Shown here piece by piece: positions 7,024 through 15,581 of a stretch of DNA of 40,000 bases. Each line of letters begins with the position of its first letter. Position 1 is the stretch's first letter. Origin of the DNA: Desulfovibrio sp. OttesenSCG-928-I05 (GTDB lineage: Bacteria; Desulfobacterota; Desulfovibrionia; Desulfovibrionales; Desulfovibrionaceae); the NCBI GenBank assembly GCA_030266385.1, contig JAJDHY010000001.1:1-40000 (forward strand), read 5' to 3'. A program made the translations under genes and the position numbers. Under the pieces are notes generated by a model. The model made no database searches. It saw only the letters and a program-made list of their open reading frames with translations, and had not been told where the DNA came from.

Positions 7024-7316
7024 TGCGCACTATCCCGATCCATCAATCCCTGCACAGGCACAATCATGTCCTGGGGGCGGAAAGGGAACTGGTGCTGACG
7101 GCAGGGCTTATTGCCCTGCTGGTCGGCATCGGTGGCCTTACCCTCATTTCCATTGTGTCCGCTGCCGTCTTCTGGCTGTTCGCGGTCTTTGCCCTGCGGC
7201 GCATGGCAAAGGCTGATCCGCAAATGTCAAAGGTATGGTTGCGCCATATCAAACAACAGCTTTTTTACCCCTCAAAAACAGGCCGTTGGTGCGTGAACGG
7301 GGGTAAAAAATGCTGA
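7023..7316 (+). CDS. trbD: TrbD/VirB3
   Basis: 97 aa. The pattern GAERELV...GL plus a TM hairpin. TAATG overlap with trbC. Confidence 0.9.
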   Translation: MRTIPIHQSLHRHNHVLGAERELVLTAGLIALLVGIGGLTLISIVSAAVFWLFAVFALRRMAKADPQMSKVWLRHIKQQLFYPSKTGRWCVNGGKKC

Positions 7317-9715
7317 AACTCCATGATTTCCGCAGCAAGGCAAAGGGGCTTTCCGATCTCCTGCCCTATGCCGCGCTCATTGGCCCCGGCGTTATTCTGA
7401 ACAAGGACGGGAGCCTTACCGCCGCATGGGAAGTGCGCGGGCAAGATACTGCCTCGTCCACGCCCGATGAACTCGCATACATCAGCGCCCAGGTGAATCA
7501 GGCCGTGAAACTTCTTGGTACGGGGTGGGTCATGCACATGGATGCCGTGCGCGGTTCCAGCCAAGCCTACCCGGAAGCGCATAAAAGCGCCTTCCCTGAT
7601 CGCATCACGCAAATGATTGACGACGAAAGGCGGCGCTATTTCAGCCGTGACGAATGTTACGGCACGAATACCGTTCTGACAGTAACCTATAAACCTGACT
7701 TTGCTGAACAGCGCATTTCAGCCGGGGTGCATACCGGAAGCGGCATAGAAAAAGCCTTGCAACGCTTTGAAACGACGTTGCAGGAACTTGAAGACGCGCT
7801 TTCGGTTGTCCTGCGCATGAAGCGCCTGGAAGAATACGACGCCTATTATGATGATGGGGAAGCATACCGGCAATCCGATCTGCTTTCGCACATCCAGCAT
7901 TGCGTCAGCGGCAATCTTCACCCCATGCGCGTACCGGATACGCCCATGTACCTTGACGCGCTCCTGGGGAGTGAAGACCTGATCGGGGGCGTGGTTCCCA
8001 AGGTCGGCGGTCAATACGTAATGGTTTTGGGCATTGACGGCTTGCCGCAAGAGTCCTGGCCCGCGATCCTGGTCGAACTTGACAGCCTCCCGATTCAGTA
8101 CCGCTTTTCGACGCGGTTTATCTGCCTCGATCAATATGATGCCGTGAAGGAAATACGTTCGTATTGTAAGGGTTGGCGGCAACAGGTTTTCCGGGTCATT
8201 GACCAATTCCTGAATAACCCCAATGCACGGGCGAACCGTGACGCACTCTTGATGGCGGAAGACGCCGAAACGGCAATGACGGAAGTGCAAGGGGGCTATG
8301 TGGGCGCGGGGTATCTCACGTCCTGCATTGTTCTGCTGCATAACAATCTTGACGTTTTGCAAGATTGGGCGCGGGAGTTGCGCCGCTCAGTGCAAACGCT
8401 CGGCTTCGGCTGCCGGATTGAAAGCGTCAACGCGCTTGAAGCCTGGCTCGGCACACATCCGGGCAACACGTTTGCGAACGTGCGCCGCCCGCTGGTGAAC
8501 ACGCTCAATCTGGCGGATTTGCTGCCCCTGGCAAGCGTCTGGACGGGTGCGCCGGGTGCGCCGTGCCCATTCTACCCGCCCGATAGCCCGCCTTTGGCGG
8601 TCTGCACAACGGACGGGCAAACCCCGTTTTGGCTCAACCTTCATCATGGCGACATAGGCCACACGCTGATTTTCGGGCCTACGGGCGCGGGAAAAAGCAC
8701 CCTCCTTGCGGCGTTGGCCGCGCAGTTCCGGCGTTACCGGAACGCGCAAATATTCGCCTTTGACAAGGGCATGTCCATGTTCCCCTTGTGTCACGGCTCC
8801 GGGGGTACTCATTATAATATCGGGGAATCCTCCGACCTTTCGTTTGCTCCGCTGCAACGGATCAGCGAGTCGGAAGAAGAGTTTTCCTGGGCCGCTGAAT
8901 GGGTGGAAGCCCTGCTTGCATTGCAGGGAGTGACGGTCACACCGGCACACCGCAACGCGATTCATACGGCCCTGGACAGTCTGCGGGCCTCGCCGGAACA
9001 TATGCGGTCTTTGACTGACTTTGTTCACCGGCTGCAAGACATGGGCTTGAAAGAAGCCTTGCGCCATTACACCGAAGCCGGGGCAATGGGGCGGCTGCTC
9101 GATGCCCGGTCGGACAACCTGGGTGTATCCAGCTTCACCACCTTTGAAATTGAAGAACTGATGAACCTGGGGGAGAAAAACCTTATTCCGGTTCTGCTGT
9201 ACCTGTTCAGGCGCATTGAAAAGAGCCTGACCGGGCAACCGACGATCCTGATTCTGGACGAAGCCTGGATCATGCTCGGCCACCCGGTTTTCCGCTCCAA
9301 AATCCGCGAATGGCTGAAAGTCATGCGCAAGGCCAACTGCTGCGTGATTCTGGCGACGCAAAGCCTGTCGGACGCGAAAAATTCCGGCATTCTGGACGTT
9401 CTGACCGAATCCTGCCCCACAAAAATCTTTCTGGCGAACCTTGCGGCACGTCAGGAAGGGCAAGCGGCCCTCTACTACGATATGGGCCTGAATACCCGGC
9501 AAATAGACATCATTTCAAACGCCACTCCCAAGCGGGACTACTACGTTGTGACGCCTGTAGGCCGTCGCAAGATTCAACTCGCGCTTGGGGCTGTAACCCT
9601 GGCTTTTGTCGGTTCCTCCGACAAAGAGAGCATTGCCCGTATCAAAGAGCTTTCCGAAGTTCACGGCCCCGATGGCTGGCAAGATTACTGGCTGCGCGAA
9701 TGTCAGGCGATATGA
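7310..9715 (+). CDS. trbE: TrbE/VirB4 ATPase
   Basis: 801 aa. Walker A GPTGAGKST and Walker B ILILDEAW. Confidence 0.97.
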   Translation: MLKLHDFRSKAKGLSDLLPYAALIGPGVILNKDGSLTAAWEVRGQDTASSTPDELAYISAQVNQAVKLLGTGWVMHMDAVRGSSQAYPEAHKSAFPDRITQMIDDERRRYFSRDECYGTNTVLTVTYKPDFAEQRISAGVHTGSGIEKALQRFETTLQELEDALSVVLRMKRLEEYDAYYDDGEAYRQSDLLSHIQHCVSGNLHPMRVPDTPMYLDALLGSEDLIGGVVPKVGGQYVMVLGIDGLPQESWPAILVELDSLPIQYRFSTRFICLDQYDAVKEIRSYCKGWRQQVFRVIDQFLNNPNARANRDALLMAEDAETAMTEVQGGYVGAGYLTSCIVLLHNNLDVLQDWARELRRSVQTLGFGCRIESVNALEAWLGTHPGNTFANVRRPLVNTLNLADLLPLASVWTGAPGAPCPFYPPDSPPLAVCTTDGQTPFWLNLHHGDIGHTLIFGPTGAGKSTLLAALAAQFRRYRNAQIFAFDKGMSMFPLCHGSGGTHYNIGESSDLSFAPLQRISESEEEFSWAAEWVEALLALQGVTVTPAHRNAIHTALDSLRASPEHMRSLTDFVHRLQDMGLKEALRHYTEAGAMGRLLDARSDNLGVSSFTTFEIEELMNLGEKNLIPVLLYLFRRIEKSLTGQPTILILDEAWIMLGHPVFRSKIREWLKVMRKANCCVILATQSLSDAKNSGILDVLTESCPTKIFLANLAARQEGQAALYYDMGLNTRQIDIISNATPKRDYYVVTPVGRRKIQLALGAVTLAFVGSSDKESIARIKELSEVHGPDGWQDYWLRECQAI

Positions 9716-9725
9716 GGACACATAT

Positions 9726-10529
9726 ATGAAGAAAGTACTTTTCCTTTCCGCGCTGTTCGTAGTGCTGATGGTCGGGAATGCAAGCGCAGCCTCGTTCTTC
9801 TGTAAGAACTGCTCAACGAACCTTGTGCAACTTCTGGATAGGGTCACGAACATGGAACAGCTTTCAAGCCTGCTGAAACAGTATGATGAAGCTGTAACGC
9901 AAACCGCGCAACAAATAGAAATGGTGCGGCAGAATATCCAGCAATACGCCAATATGCTGCAAAACACGGCGCAACTCCCGGCAAACCTTGTCAACGAACT
10001 GAAAGGCCGGTTGACGCAACTTGCAAGCCTTACGGGGCAACTGAAAACACTACGTGGTGACGTGGTTTCGCTTGGATCTATCTTTACCCAACTGTACCCG
10101 GAAAGCGGCCTTTTTGGCGATATTGCCGGGGCCAGCCCGGAACAAATGGCGAAGGCGGCGGAAAAGTATCAGGCATCTTGGGATGCGTGGTCTGAAAACG
10201 TGGATCGGGCGTCACAAGCGGCTTTTCAACTCTCCGGTGCGCAACTGAACGAACTGCAACGGGACGCCTCCAAGTTCCAATCCTACCTGGACAATCTGCT
10301 GTCCACGCCTGACGGGCAAATGAAGGCAATTATGGCGGGCAACCAGCTTTCCGCGCTGCAAGTACAGGAAGCCCGCCAACTGCGGGAACTCATGGCAACG
10401 CAAGTGCAGAACTCCATCAGTTCACAAATGAAGCAGGAGAAAGAAAGCCAGATGGGGCAAGAAGCCTGGCGCGACGCTACGAAAGTAGACGGCCTCGGCG
10501 GGCTGAACTCCAAGGCCGATCCATTTTAG
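9726..10529 (+). CDS. trbJ: TrbJ/VirB5-like protein
   Basis: Signal peptide MKKVLFLSALFVVLMVGNASA, a coiled-coil body, and the expected position after trbE. Confidence 0.85.
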   Translation: MKKVLFLSALFVVLMVGNASAASFFCKNCSTNLVQLLDRVTNMEQLSSLLKQYDEAVTQTAQQIEMVRQNIQQYANMLQNTAQLPANLVNELKGRLTQLASLTGQLKTLRGDVVSLGSIFTQLYPESGLFGDIAGASPEQMAKAAEKYQASWDAWSENVDRASQAAFQLSGAQLNELQRDASKFQSYLDNLLSTPDGQMKAIMAGNQLSALQVQEARQLRELMATQVQNSISSQMKQEKESQMGQEAWRDATKVDGLGGLNSKADPF

Positions 10530-10531
10530 TC

Positions 10532-10927
10532 CTAGAACGGGTCAGCCTTGGACGTAAGCGGGTCTTGTTCCGGTTGTGAGGGGGCGGAGAGAATATTTCT
10601 TACTTCGTCCTGGGTTGTGCGGACAAAGGTTTTCGTTCCGAAAATATGATTTGTGAATTGCGCCCAATTCGCGTCGTGAAGCACCGCTACCAGAATGGGG
10701 TCTTTCTCTCCCGTCCTTCTCACAACGTAACGGTTTTTATCCTCTTCAATCGTGATAGCAGCGGAGTTTTCGCCTATGGATATATTGTCTTCACTTATTA
10801 CGACGGTGCGTAGTTTGCCGGTTAAAGAATCGGTTTCCGTGCTTTTCCATGCGCCTGTCACATCAGCGGCCATAGCTGAAAAGGGGAACGCGAACAGCGC
10901 AACCAAAAGCAATGCGGTTTTCTTCAT
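10532..10927 (-). CDS. Secreted protein of unknown function in the trbK position, opposite strand
   Basis: Sec signal peptide MKKTALLLVALFAFPFSAMA. GC is visibly lower than the flanking trb genes. Ends in LTSKADPF. Convergent with trbJ, with a 2-nt gap. Confidence 0.6.
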   Translation of the reverse strand: MKKTALLLVALFAFPFSAMAADVTGAWKSTETDSLTGKLRTVVISEDNISIGENSAAITIEEDKNRYVVRRTGEKDPILVAVLHDANWAQFTNHIFGTKTFVRTTQDEVRNILSAPSQPEQDPLTSKADPF

Positions 10928-10946
10928 CGGACTGATTACCCTTTGT

Positions 10947-12047
10947 GTGTTGGTGGTTTCGTTGTTGAATCCCACAACGGCCTTTGCCGCTGCCGACGCG
11001 GATTTTGTATCAACTTTGGTCAAGGAGTTCTACACTAAAACTTCGGCCTGGGAGCCGGTTCTGCGCAAGTATGCGGTACTGGTTTTTCAATGGCTCGTTA
11101 CCCTGGAAGTCTGTTTCTTGGGCATAAAAGCTGCCCTGAACCGCGATCAGATCGCGGACATATTCAAGCAGTTCGTTATGCTTTTACTGGCGGCGGGCTT
11201 TTTTCTGGCGGTTATCAACAACTATCAGGAATGGTCGTGGAATCTGATTAACGGCCTGAAAGGCATAGGCCTGCAACTCAATTCCTCGCAAATCTCTTCG
11301 GATGGCCCTTTTCTGGCGGGTATGAAGCTGGTGAAGCTGATTCTCTCCAAGCTCTCCGTGTGGTCGCCGGGCAATTCCATTGCCTTGTTGGTGGCGGCGC
11401 TCGTTATCATCGTCTGTTTCGCCCTGATTTCCGCGCAAGTGGTCTTAATCAAGTGCGAAGCCATGATTGCCATGATGGCCGCGCTTATTCTGGTGGGATT
11501 CGGCGGGTCTGCCTTCTTTCGGGACTATGCGATAAACGCGCTTCGCTATGTTCTCTCCGTTGCCTTCAAGCTCTTTGTCATGCAGTTGGTTTTGTCGGTC
11601 GGCATACAGTTCATTGAATCCTTCAATACTGCGGCGGCTGAACTGCAAGACATTTTCGTGATTATCGGCGCGTCCGTCGTCCTTCTGGCCCTGGTCAAAT
11701 CGCTCCCCGATGTTGTTTCCGGCATTATTCACGGCTCCCACGTCAACGGGGGCAATCTCCTGGGCGCTGCCGCTGCTGTGGGCGGCACGGCCCTGGCCGC
11801 TGGCGCTCTAGCTGTCGGCGGTGCGCAAAACATTCAGAACGTCAAAGACGCCTCAAAGATTGCGAACACCGAAGGCAAAAGCGGATTCGGCAAACTCGCC
11901 AGTATGGCCGGTTCCATGATGGGGGCGCGGCGTGACGCGAAAAGCGGCGGGGAACGGTCGCTAACCTCCCGCACACGCTCGGAAATGCAGGAAAGGGTTC
12001 ACAAGGCGACGATGGCGGCAAACCCTCAAAACAAAGGTAGTGAATAA
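10947..12047 (+). CDS. trbL: TrbL/VirB6 (start uncertain)
   Basis: Multi-TM protein with a Gly/Ala-rich C-terminus. Similarity to RP4 TrbL begins near AAADADFV. No ATG lies between 10776 and the mature region, so the candidate starts are GTG 10947, TTG 10950 and GTG 10953. Confidence 0.85.
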   Translation: MLVVSLLNPTTAFAAADADFVSTLVKEFYTKTSAWEPVLRKYAVLVFQWLVTLEVCFLGIKAALNRDQIADIFKQFVMLLLAAGFFLAVINNYQEWSWNLINGLKGIGLQLNSSQISSDGPFLAGMKLVKLILSKLSVWSPGNSIALLVAALVIIVCFALISAQVVLIKCEAMIAMMAALILVGFGGSAFFRDYAINALRYVLSVAFKLFVMQLVLSVGIQFIESFNTAAAELQDIFVIIGASVVLLALVKSLPDVVSGIIHGSHVNGGNLLGAAAAVGGTALAAGALAVGGAQNIQNVKDASKIANTEGKSGFGKLASMAGSMMGARRDAKSGGERSLTSRTRSEMQERVHKATMAANPQNKGSE

Positions 12048-12778
12048 TGGGTTGGTTCAAGAAAGAAGCCGCTCCCAGGCCCGCAAAGGATTCCGGGAGA
12101 AATCCCTACTTTGACGGGCGGCAGGAATGGCTTGAACGATACGGCTCCTATATCAGCCGAGCTAACCAGTGGCGCATTTTCAGCGTCCTTGCGGTGCTGG
12201 CCCTGCTTGTTTCCCTGTCCTGCAACTATGTGCAGTCCTCCCAGGTCAAGGCGGTTCCTTACATCATTGAAGTGGATCAGCTTGGCAAAATCGGCGCGGT
12301 GGCAAGGGCGGACTCCGCCAGTTCGACGCCTCGGCGGCTCATTCAGGCAGAAATTGCACAGTGTATCAGCTCATGGCGGACGGTCACAGCGGACGTGGAA
12401 CTGCAACAAAAAATGATCGACCGGCTTTCATATTTCATGGCGGGTGCAGCAAAGGGCGTTATGCGCGAGTGGTACGAAACGAACAATCCCTATGAAATTG
12501 CCAAGTCCGGCAAGCTGGTACACGTTGAAATCAAGGGGCTTCCCCTGCCTGTCAGCGGCGATTCCTACCGGGTGGAATGGACGGAAACGGTCAGAAGCCA
12601 CGCCGGTATCGTCCTTGACTCCAACCAGTTTGAGGCCACGGTGACGATCCAGATCCAGCCGCCGACGCAGGATGTGGTGATTCTGCGTAACCCCGGCGGC
12701 ATCTACCTGACCGCCATAAGCGCCGGAAAGGTCATTGGCTCCACCGCTCCGAAACTGCCCGAACCGCAAGGGCAATAG
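12047..12778 (+). CDS. trbF: TrbF/VirB8
   Basis: NPYFDGRQEWLERYG motif plus a single TM helix. Confidence 0.9.
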   Translation: MGWFKKEAAPRPAKDSGRNPYFDGRQEWLERYGSYISRANQWRIFSVLAVLALLVSLSCNYVQSSQVKAVPYIIEVDQLGKIGAVARADSASSTPRRLIQAEIAQCISSWRTVTADVELQQKMIDRLSYFMAGAAKGVMREWYETNNPYEIAKSGKLVHVEIKGLPLPVSGDSYRVEWTETVRSHAGIVLDSNQFEATVTIQIQPPTQDVVILRNPGGIYLTAISAGKVIGSTAPKLPEPQGQ

Positions 12779-12787
12779 GACAGTATA

Positions 12788-12916
12788 ATGAAAAACCGCT
12801 TCCTGCTGCGGGCCTCGCGCCCCAACACCGCGCCGCATGACGGCCTCTTTGGAGATTTGTCATGCTGCAGAAAACCCATTGCCCCGGCCTGGCGCTGCTT
12901 GGCCTCGTATTCTTAA
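12788..12916 (+). other. 42-codon ORF that keeps only the Com-like tail (no zinc ribbon)
   Basis: MKNRFLLRASRPNTAPHDGLFGD... compared with Com-like ...RKIILRATRPNLAPHDGLYGD. It overlaps the trbG start in the same way that 6483-6701 overlaps trbC. Confidence 0.3.
12806..12906 (+). repeat. Translation-initiation module, copy B (upstream of and into trbG)
   Basis: See copy A. It includes SD GGAGA, the ATG at 12862 and the signal-peptide segment PGLALLGL. Confidence 0.9.
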
Positions 12917-13815
12917 CCGCTTTTCTGTTTTTGGGCGTGGGCCCGGCGCAAGCCGCCGCCACGCCTCCGGGGTATCCTCCCGCGCTGCCCGAATCGGCAA
13001 ACAAGCCGGTGGCGACGCCTCCCCTTGATTTTATCAGCCCTGACGCGGTTGAACTGACCGACAAAGAGCGCAAAGCCCTGCAACTTTCCGAGGATTGGGC
13101 GCGGCGCAATATCGATCCGGTTCTCACGCCTGGGGGAAAAATCATCTATGTCCACGGCGCGACAATGCCTAGCGTCGTCGCCTCTCCTTTCCAGATTTGC
13201 GATGTGGAACTGGAACAAGGTGAAACCGTCCGTGATATTTTTGTGGGCGATACGGCCCGCTGGCAGGTTGATTCCGGTTCTTCCGGCTCCGGGGCGTCGT
13301 TGGCCGTGCATGTGTTTATCAAGCCGCTGGATGCCGGTTTGGAAACGAACTGCGCCATTACAACGGATCGCCGGGTCTATCATCTGCGCTTTATCTCCAA
13401 GCGCAAGGGCCACACGCCTTATGTGGGCTTTGCATACAACGATTCCATAAAACAACGCCAAGCCTGGCGGACGGAACAGAAAGCCAAGTCCGAACATTGG
13501 CAGTCAACGGAAATTGATGGCGAACGGGCGGATTTGTCGGCGCTGAACTTCAATTACGCGGTTTCGGGCAAGCCGAAATGGAAGCCGGAACGGGTCTATG
13601 ACGACGGCAGACAGATTTTCATTCGTCTGCCCGAATCCGCCAAATCAACGGAAATGCCGGTGTTGCTCGTCCGCAAGGGCGGCAAAGATGTGATTGTCAA
13701 TTACCGGGTCAAGGACAAGGCAATCATTGTTGACGGCATTTTTGACCATATAGCCCTGATTCTCGGCGTCGGCGGCGATCAGGAAAAAGTGGAAATCAAG
13801 AGGGGGAACAAGTAA
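12862..13815 (+). CDS. trbG: TrbG/VirB9
   Basis: 317 aa with a signal peptide, a VirB9-like body, and the expected position. Confidence 0.93.
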   Translation: MLQKTHCPGLALLGLVFLTAFLFLGVGPAQAAATPPGYPPALPESANKPVATPPLDFISPDAVELTDKERKALQLSEDWARRNIDPVLTPGGKIIYVHGATMPSVVASPFQICDVELEQGETVRDIFVGDTARWQVDSGSSGSGASLAVHVFIKPLDAGLETNCAITTDRRVYHLRFISKRKGHTPYVGFAYNDSIKQRQAWRTEQKAKSEHWQSTEIDGERADLSALNFNYAVSGKPKWKPERVYDDGRQIFIRLPESAKSTEMPVLLVRKGGKDVIVNYRVKDKAIIVDGIFDHIALILGVGGDQEKVEIKRGNK

Positions 13816-14351
13816 TGCGTAGCCTCCTTCTTCCTCTTCTGCTGTTTGCTGTGCTGTTTGCTTCCGGTTGCGCGGGCAAGGGCTTTCATGGCTCCTATTA
13901 CGGCGAAGTGCCGCAAAATGCCGCGCCGTCCATGATTGCCGCCGATGCGGCGGGTTATGTTGTCGGCCTGTACCCTCCTGGACATACGAAGCTTCAAATA
14001 CTGAATGCCGAAAAGGCGGATAATGCCTTTGCCATCGCCTTTGAAAACGGCTTGCGTGGTGAAGGCTTCACAATCCTGTCCGCAACGGGCGTTCCGGCTG
14101 ATGCCGACGGGTGCGTTGCGGTCGCCTATACCCTGGATGTTCTGGAAAAGGACGCCGCCTACTATCTGCAACTGCGGTTCAGCGACGGCAAAGCCGTTTC
14201 CAGGGCGTATTCCGCAAGCGGACAGCCGGAAGCGGGCCGAAGCGCCACGCCGCATGATTTCAAGCGTCCTCTCCTTAAACGGGTGGAAGAGAAAGCGCGC
14301 CGCGCCTACTCGTCTACTGTGGATAAGTTCGGGGGCGACAATGACAGATAA
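13815..14351 (+). CDS. trbH: TrbH lipoprotein (VirB7-like role)
   Basis: Lipobox LFASGC after a signal peptide. Lies between trbG and trbI. Confidence 0.8.
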   Translation: MRSLLLPLLLFAVLFASGCAGKGFHGSYYGEVPQNAAPSMIAADAAGYVVGLYPPGHTKLQILNAEKADNAFAIAFENGLRGEGFTILSATGVPADADGCVAVAYTLDVLEKDAAYYLQLRFSDGKAVSRAYSASGQPEAGRSATPHDFKRPLLKRVEEKARRAYSSTVDKFGGDNDR

Positions 14352-15573
14352 ATCCCCTGACAGTCTGATCATGCCCGCTGAAAAGCGCATTACCGCCTTC
14401 AAGCTCTCCCGCTGGCCTTTGTATGCCGTGCTGCTCGGCGCGGGCCTCCTGATCGCCGTCCTGGTCTACAGCGTCAACTTTGCGCACAACGAAGAAGACG
14501 ACGGCAAAACGACAAAGCCCGTAGACATTACAGAACAGGAAAAACCGCTTCTCATGGGCGAAGGCCGGGGGCTGAATTTGCTGCCTCCTTCCAATACGGC
14601 GATTGTCCAGCCCGATTTGCCCGTTCCGGCTGCGAACAAGAAAGAGCCGTTGATCATTGTTCAGCCGTCGGGCGAACACTCGGAACAATATCGGCAAGAG
14701 CTTGAAAACTTACGGCGCATGAAGGCGCAAGCGCAGTTGGAAGCCCTTTCCGCGCCTATCGGCGCGAAAAAAGGCGAAGCTGCCGCAAGCCAGAACCTTG
14801 CGGAGCGCCCGGACGGCGTTGCTGGTCGGGGCGCTGCTCCCGGTTCCTCTTCCGTCACGCTGCCGGTGCAACCGAGTGAAAACTACGATCCTGCTGCGGC
14901 AAAGGACAAAGAAGGTTTCTTTGGCCGGGCCGGTGCTGACGGCTCTTGGATTTCCCCGCATGTACGGACACAAGGGCAACCATATGAACTGAAAACCGGG
15001 GCTGTGGTTCCCGCCGCTCTGGTGACGGGCATAAACAGCGAATTGCCGGGAAGCATTACCGCACAAGTAACGCAAAACGTCTACGATACAGCCTGGGGGC
15101 GGCATCTGCTCATTCCCCAAGGCTCAAAACTCGTAGGGGCTTACGATTCCCGCGTGGTTTACGGGCAATCCAGGGTGCTTGTGGCCTGGAACCGGATCAT
15201 TTTCCCCGATGGCTCGTCAATCACCCTTGAGGCCATGCCTGGGGCCGATCAGAGCGGCTATGCCGGATATAACGACAAGGTAAACAACCACTATCTGCGG
15301 ATCTTCGGCTCGGCCTTCCTTATGTCGCTGATCTCCGGGGGCATGTCCTATGCTGTCGATAGCTTGGATGCGTCCGGCGGAGACAGTGATACGCCCTCAA
15401 TGCAGCAAGAAATGGGTACGGCCCTGGCTTCACAGCTTGGGCAAGCCTCCCTGCGCCTTCTGGAAAAAAATATTTCCATTGCGCCCACTCTGGAAATTCG
15501 CCCTGGTTACGCTTTTAACGTGGTCATCACCAAAGACCTCGTTTTTGAGCGGCCCTTTAAGGCATGGCGTTAG
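14341..15573 (+). CDS. trbI: TrbI/VirB10
   Basis: Start at MTDKSPD (14341), overlapping trbH by 11 nt. TM helix, Pro-rich linker, conserved C-terminal VirB10 domain. Confidence 0.93.
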   Translation: MTDKSPDSLIMPAEKRITAFKLSRWPLYAVLLGAGLLIAVLVYSVNFAHNEEDDGKTTKPVDITEQEKPLLMGEGRGLNLLPPSNTAIVQPDLPVPAANKKEPLIIVQPSGEHSEQYRQELENLRRMKAQAQLEALSAPIGAKKGEAAASQNLAERPDGVAGRGAAPGSSSVTLPVQPSENYDPAAAKDKEGFFGRAGADGSWISPHVRTQGQPYELKTGAVVPAALVTGINSELPGSITAQVTQNVYDTAWGRHLLIPQGSKLVGAYDSRVVYGQSRVLVAWNRIIFPDGSSITLEAMPGADQSGYAGYNDKVNNHYLRIFGSAFLMSLISGGMSYAVDSLDASGGDSDTPSMQQEMGTALASQLGQASLRLLEKNISIAPTLEIRPGYAFNVVITKDLVFERPFKAWR

Positions 15574-15581
15574 GGGGTCGT

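Noticed and set aside
5295-7223. 642-aa ORF on the minus strand spanning trbB, the Com-like gene and trbC
   Set aside because: It is antisense to genes with clear motifs (VirB11 Walker A, pilin). The translation is Arg/Pro/Gly/His-rich with no motif. Long antisense ORFs of this kind are typical of GC-rich DNA.
8387-9502. 371-aa minus-strand ORF. Similar antisense ORFs occur at 7718-8362, 20635-21720, 25625-26368, 18345-19169, 4542-5168, 12913-13497, 13779-14402 and 38821-39627
   Set aside because: All are antisense or out of frame relative to confidently identified genes. They lack SD sequences and motifs, and they have the skewed composition typical of non-coding frames.
10752-10946. N-terminal extension of the trbL ORF. 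Analogous extensions occur at 9606-9725 (trbJ), 14005-14340 (trbI), 18032-18262 (traF), 5445-5495 (trbB), 26676-26756 (mobC), 29162-29200 (alpA) and 36307-36324 (dehydrogenase)
   Set aside because: Each extension overlaps an upstream or antisense gene and lacks an SD. The shorter starts have SDs, stop-start overlaps or signal peptides in the expected place.
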